DNA of 64,000 nucleotides from Calditrichales bacterium (GTDB lineage Bacteria; Calditrichota; Calditrichia; Calditrichales; J004): NCBI GenBank assembly GCA_965267575.1, contig OZ254086.1, positions 96,001 to 160,000 of the forward strand, read 5' to 3'. Shown piece by piece: positions 59,977 to 64,000 of this stretch (position 1 is its first letter; each line of letters starts with the position of its first letter). The notes under the pieces were generated by a model. It saw only the letters and a program-made list of their open reading frames with translations, ran no database searches and was not told where the DNA came from. The position numbers and the translations under genes were made by a program.

Positions 59977-61398
59977 ATGAAGCCCAAAGAGTTTCGCGAA
60001 GAAGCCCACCGTTTGGTTGACTGGATGGCCGACTACCTGGAAAATATTGAACAATACCCGGTAAAATCGCAGGTCGCCCCGCGTGCTGTGATCGATCAAC
60101 TGCCGGACGCGCCACCGCAGGCGGCACAGGGCATGGAAACAATCATGAAAGATTTTGAAAAAATTATCATGCCCGGCGTAACCCACTGGCAAAGCCCCAA
60201 CTTTTTCGCCTACTTCCCGGCCAACAGCAGCCCGCCCTCTGTTTTGGCAGAAATGCTGACCGCCGCGCTGGGCGCGCAGTGCATGATCTGGGAAACATCG
60301 CCGGCGGCCGCGGAGCTGGAAGAACAGATGATGAACTGGCTGAAGCTGATGACCGGTCTGCCCGCGGAGTGGCACGGCGTTATCCAGCCCACGGCATCGG
60401 ACGCCACGCTGGCCGCCTTGCTCACCGCACGCGAGAAGGCCACATCCGGCGCGATTAACAAAGAGGGCTTCAACGGCGATGAAAAATTCCGCATTTACGC
60501 CTCCACTGAAACGCATTCTTCCATTGAAAAGGGAGTTAAGATCGCCGGCTTTGGAGCGCAAAACCTGGTGAAGGTGGACGTTACGGATGCCTTGGCTATG
60601 GACCCGTCCGCCCTTGAAAGCGCCATCGCGGATGATATGAAAAACGGCTACCGGCCTTTGAGTATCGTCGCCACGTTGGGTACCACCGGCAGCACGGCCA
60701 TCGATCCGCTGAAGCCCATTGCCGAAATCGCCGCGAAGCACAAACTATGGCTGCACGTGGATGCTGCTTATGCCGGGTCAGCGCTGCTGCTGGAAGAATA
60801 CCGCTCCATGATCGATGGCGTCAAAATGGCAGACAGCTTTGTCTTTAATCCCCACAAATGGCTGTTTACAAACTTCGACTGTTCGGCGTATTTTGTGAAG
60901 GACAAAGAGGCCCTGCTGCACACCTTCGAGATTACGCCCGAGTATTTGAAAACCGATGTGGACAAAACGGTGAATAATTACCGCGACTGGGGCATCCCGC
61001 TGGGCCGCCGTTTCCGTGCGTTGAAGCTGTGGTTTGTAATCCGCTCTTACGGTGTGGAGAGTCTGAAGGCGATGCTGCGTGAACACATCCGCATTGCCAA
61101 CCAACTGGCCGACGCGATCGACGCCCACCGTTATTTTGAATTGGCCGCGCCGGTGACGCTGAACCTGGTCTGCTTCCGGCTGCGCCCTTCCAAAAACACG
61201 CCGCCGGACGAATTGAACGCGCTCAACGCCGAGCTGCTGAAACGCATCAACGCCACGGGCAAGGTCTATTTAACGCACACCAAAATCGGCGATAATTACA
61301 CACTGCGCCTGGTTTGCGGCCAAACACGCGTGACGGAACAGCATGTGCAAAACGCCTGGCGGCTTATTCAGGAAACGGCGGACAAATTGCTTGGGTAA
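59977..61398 (+). CDS. PLP-dependent aromatic L-amino acid decarboxylase family
   Basis: THWQSPNFFAYFP, HSSIEK, LHVDAAYAG, NPHKW, LGRRFRALKLW. Confidence 0.93.
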   Translation: MKPKEFREEAHRLVDWMADYLENIEQYPVKSQVAPRAVIDQLPDAPPQAAQGMETIMKDFEKIIMPGVTHWQSPNFFAYFPANSSPPSVLAEMLTAALGAQCMIWETSPAAAELEEQMMNWLKLMTGLPAEWHGVIQPTASDATLAALLTAREKATSGAINKEGFNGDEKFRIYASTETHSSIEKGVKIAGFGAQNLVKVDVTDALAMDPSALESAIADDMKNGYRPLSIVATLGTTGSTAIDPLKPIAEIAAKHKLWLHVDAAYAGSALLLEEYRSMIDGVKMADSFVFNPHKWLFTNFDCSAYFVKDKEALLHTFEITPEYLKTDVDKTVNNYRDWGIPLGRRFRALKLWFVIRSYGVESLKAMLREHIRIANQLADAIDAHRYFELAAPVTLNLVCFRLRPSKNTPPDELNALNAELLKRINATGKVYLTHTKIGDNYTLRLVCGQTRVTEQHVQNAWRLIQETADKLLG

Positions 61399-61416
61399 AA
61401 GGAAAAATGAAAGTAG

Positions 61417-61650
61417 TGTCATCCCGGCCTGTCCCGATGTTTTTTATCGGGGTTGGCATCTTTTGCCAGACCGGGATCTATCGCCGGGATAATCTCAGGA
61501 TCCCGGCGCGGAGGCCGGGATGACAGGCGCGGGCTAGATGACAGCACTTGTCTTAAGCCCCTTCCATTGGAACAAGGGAAGGGGTTTGGGGATGGGTTCA
61601 CTCTTCGGATGTCATCTCGAATCCGCCTTAGCGGTGAGAGATCCGGGATG
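61417..61650 (+). repeat. Composite intergenic repeat, copy C
   Basis: GTCATCCCGG...CCGGGATGAC pair, CCCCTTCC..GGGAAGGGGTTTGGGGATGGG, then a lone left GTCATCTCGA..GAGAGATCC arm. Confidence 0.85.
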
Positions 61651-61756
61651 GAGCCTCAGGAAGCCCGCACGTACGCCAGCTATATGAAAGGCAGGGAATC
61701 TTGTATTCAAGCCTGTTGTTATTTATGTTCATTAGAAAGTAAAATCGGATAAAAAT

Positions 61757-61960
61757 ATGAGACAGGTTATAGTGAAAATCCCGGACAAAAAATTTGATTT
61801 TTTTATGGAGTTGTTAAAGCAACTAGGTATTGCTGTACAATATGAAGAGGATATCCCTGAAAGTCATAAGGAGATAGTTAGAGAGCGTATAAAAAGTGAT
61901 AATCAAAATCCTGAAAATGTGCAGGATTGGGAGAAAGTTCAGGATACTTTTAAATCATAG
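61757..61960 (+). CDS. Putative addiction-module antitoxin
   Basis: 67 aa, IPESHKEIVRER..DWEKV, immediately upstream of a RelE/ParE-like ORF. Confidence 0.7.
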   Translation: MRQVIVKIPDKKFDFFMELLKQLGIAVQYEEDIPESHKEIVRERIKSDNQNPENVQDWEKVQDTFKS

Positions 61961-61963
61961 CGT

Positions 61964-62149
61964 ATGGCCTTTAAAATAAAAATCGGTACCGCAGCTATTG
62001 ACGATATCCAGGCTGGTATTGACTGGTATAACCAACAGCAAGATTTATTAGGTCGCACATTTCTTAAAGAAGTAAAAACCCACATCAAGATTCTTGAGAG
62101 CAATCCGTATTTGCAGGTACGTTATGATAACGAGAAATTATGTTACTAG
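61964..62149 (+). pseudogene. Truncated RelE/ParE family toxin
   Basis: AIDDIQAGIDWYNQQQ..LGRTFL..NP..QVRY N-terminal half only; 61 aa versus about 95 typical. Confidence 0.65.
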
Positions 62150-62285
62150 AAAGCAGCACCGACACCCCTCCGCTCCCTCTCCCGATGGGAGAATGACGCG
62201 GAAAAAGACAACGCCCCAAATGATGGCGGCACCGGTGATCAGGAGAAGGTTGATGTGTTTTTTAAGCAAAAGTGCAAATTTGCGA

Positions 62286-62860
62286 TCATAACAAGTAATA
62301 CGTTAGTCCAACACTAAAATAAAAAGGACTATAATCATAGTCCTTTCCGGTTTTGCCTTTTTTAAGGATAGAATTCTTATAATTCCAGGAGTTGAAACCT
62401 GCTTCAAGATGACCGCCCAAATAATTCAAATTAAGTAGTTTCGTTTCAAACCAGCGCAGCCCTGCAAAAAAATGCACTCCTTCTATTAAACCATTGCCAG
62501 TGAACCCAAGAACGGATTGCTTTTCTTTTATCTGACTATACCCAAATCCAGCATATAATGGATCGGTAGATCCTATGTTTCAAGATATGCAAGATCGTAA
62601 CATAATTTAAATTGATAACTCCTATCAACCTGCAAAATAAACCCAGATTTATTATTATTTTCTCTTGATAGGCCGTACTCTGCTTGCAAAGTAAAACCTT
62701 TATAATAGGTCATTATATTAAAGCCATGCAGAAACACAAATGTACCTATCCCAACTCCCAATTTAAATTCCGGGATTTGTTTAGTTTTCGTTGAGTCATT
62801 GATAATAGCTGCATCAATTCTACTGAAAATGATCATTACTAAAATAAACGCAATTTTCAT
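62286..62860 (-). pseudogene. Frameshifted secreted / outer-membrane beta-barrel-like gene
   Basis: Signal-peptide ORF 62860-62573 and a second frame open from about 62580 to 62286 (NIGSTDPLYAGFGYSQ...FSVGLTYYLL); frames differ. Confidence 0.55.
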
Positions 62861-62974
62861 AGTATACTCTTTTACTAATCTGGTTTAAAAAACAAACTAA
62901 TTTTATGATTATTTACTTTTTAATAAATGATTACTGGAGGCGAAAGGCTTCCTTGCGTAAACCAAAATTTATAA

Positions 62975-63180
62975 CCATAGCACACTCCCCGATCTCTCAC
63001 ATGCGTTCGAGATGACAGGGTGTGTGTCACAAGCCCTTTCCATTGGTACAAGGGAAGGGGTTTGGGGATGGGTTGCAGGGATCATGATCAAGATCAAGAG
63101 CACGATCAAGATTTATGAACACGTGAACACTTGAATACATTAACACTTTAACACCCTAACACGCCAACACGTTTAGCACT
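62975..63180 (+). repeat. Composite intergenic repeat, copy D
   Basis: Lone right arm GATCTCTCACATGCGTTCGAGATGACA, G-rich module, (GATCAA)n, (TTAACAC)n. Confidence 0.85.
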
Positions 63181-63795
63181 CTACTCCACTTCTTTCTCTT
63201 CCGGCCAGTCCAGGCAGACCAGTTTCTCCTCGCTTTCCAGCTTGTAGCGCCAGTTGCTTTTGGGGCAGGTCATAATGCCGTCCGAGTCCGGTTTGGGCAG
63301 GCGGGCGCCGTGACGGCTCATCCAGCCGATGCGTTTGGCGGGAACTCCGGCCATCAGCGCGTAGTCCGGCACATCTTTGGCCACAACCGCGCCGGCGGCG
63401 ATAAAAGCAAAGCGGCCGATGTCGTTGCCGCAGACGATGGTGGCGTTGGCGCCGATGGAAGCGCCGTGGCCGACGTGCGTCTTCAGGTAAAACTCTGTGC
63501 CACGCTGGGGAAACTCGCAGCGCGGCTCGATGATATTGGTAAACACCATCGACGGGCCGCAGAAAACGTAATCGGCCAGCTCCACGCCTTCGTAAATGGA
63601 GACGTTATTCTGCACCTTGCAGAAGTTGCCGATGCGCACGTTGTTGCCCACGTTCACATTCTGCCCGAAGACACACTTTTTGCCAATCACCGATCCGCCC
63701 TGGATATGGCTGAAATGCCAGATTTTGGTGCCTGCGCCAATCTGCACGTTGTCATCCACGTAAGATGATTCATGTACAAAAAAATCGTTGCTCAT
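63181..63795 (-). CDS. WbpD-like hexapeptide-repeat N-acetyltransferase
   Basis: FVHESSYVD, IWHFSH, KVQNNVSIYEGV, FCGPSMVFTN, GVPAKRIGW. Confidence 0.88.
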   Translation of the reverse strand: MSNDFFVHESSYVDDNVQIGAGTKIWHFSHIQGGSVIGKKCVFGQNVNVGNNVRIGNFCKVQNNVSIYEGVELADYVFCGPSMVFTNIIEPRCEFPQRGTEFYLKTHVGHGASIGANATIVCGNDIGRFAFIAAGAVVAKDVPDYALMAGVPAKRIGWMSRHGARLPKPDSDGIMTCPKSNWRYKLESEEKLVCLDWPEEKEVE

Positions 63796-63813
63796 ATCTT
63801 TTATCCTCACAAA

Positions 63814-64000
63814 TTATTTGCCTGCCATCATCGGGTGCGCCGTATCCAGCGATGCCTTCTCCGGTGTTGCGTGGCGGATGTCATAAGCCAGCCGGATGGA
63901 ATTGCGCGCGTCTTCAATGCCATAGCCGCCGCCGCCAAGAATATCCTTGTAAACGATCGTGTGCAGATCGGCGAATCCCCCGCTGAACTCAACTTCCTCG
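63814..64000 (-). CDS. WbpB-like Gfo/Idh/MocA oxidoreductase, C-terminal fragment (5'-partial)
   Basis: Hand translation EEVEFSGGFADLHTIVYKDILGGGGYGIEDARNSIRLAYDIR...; upstream of a WbpD-like gene. Confidence 0.8.
   Translation of the reverse strand, partial: EEVEFSGGFADLHTIVYKDILGGGGYGIEDARNSIRLAYDIRHATPEKASLDTAHPMMAGK

Noticed and set aside
57839-63180. CRISPR array
   Set aside because: Repeats are degenerate, modular and irregularly spaced, with no constant repeat-spacer period and no cas genes

Overview
Bacterial genomic window; gene content (alternative complex III + caa3 oxidase, Rnf, BMC genes, moderate GC) fits an FCB-related lineage such as Calditrichota, but taxonomy is inference only. 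Left 13 kb: an accessory island 3' of a tRNA-Asn gene. It carries a sigma54 activator, a near-consensus sigma54 promoter with two in-phase candidate enhancer palindromes, and a minus-strand operon: PhoD-like phosphatase, Zn-phospholipase-C-like protein, Ig-like hypothetical, and a >2165-aa fused TcB-TcC (SpvB...RHS) toxin-complex gene. That last gene runs off the window and is absent from the ORF track. 13.5-28.7 kb: 2-oxoacid:ferredoxin oxidoreductase alpha/beta in one operon with rnfBCDGEA and two large degenerate PFOR-like Fe-S proteins, then a hemerythrin. 28.7-37 kb: SGNH/TPR protein, stand-alone pduS-pduT-like pair, phosphodiester glycosidase, three related small membrane proteins, yaiI, pyrD. 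37-53.7 kb: actABCDEF(G), an A2-type caa3 oxidase with assembly genes, ctaB and pfp. 53.8-64 kb: housekeeping genes interleaved with modular intergenic repeats in a fixed order; one arm pair encloses an AT-rich cargo (TA pair plus frameshifted gene). The window ends in wbpD/wbpB-like sugar genes. All annotation is by motif reading; no searches were run.
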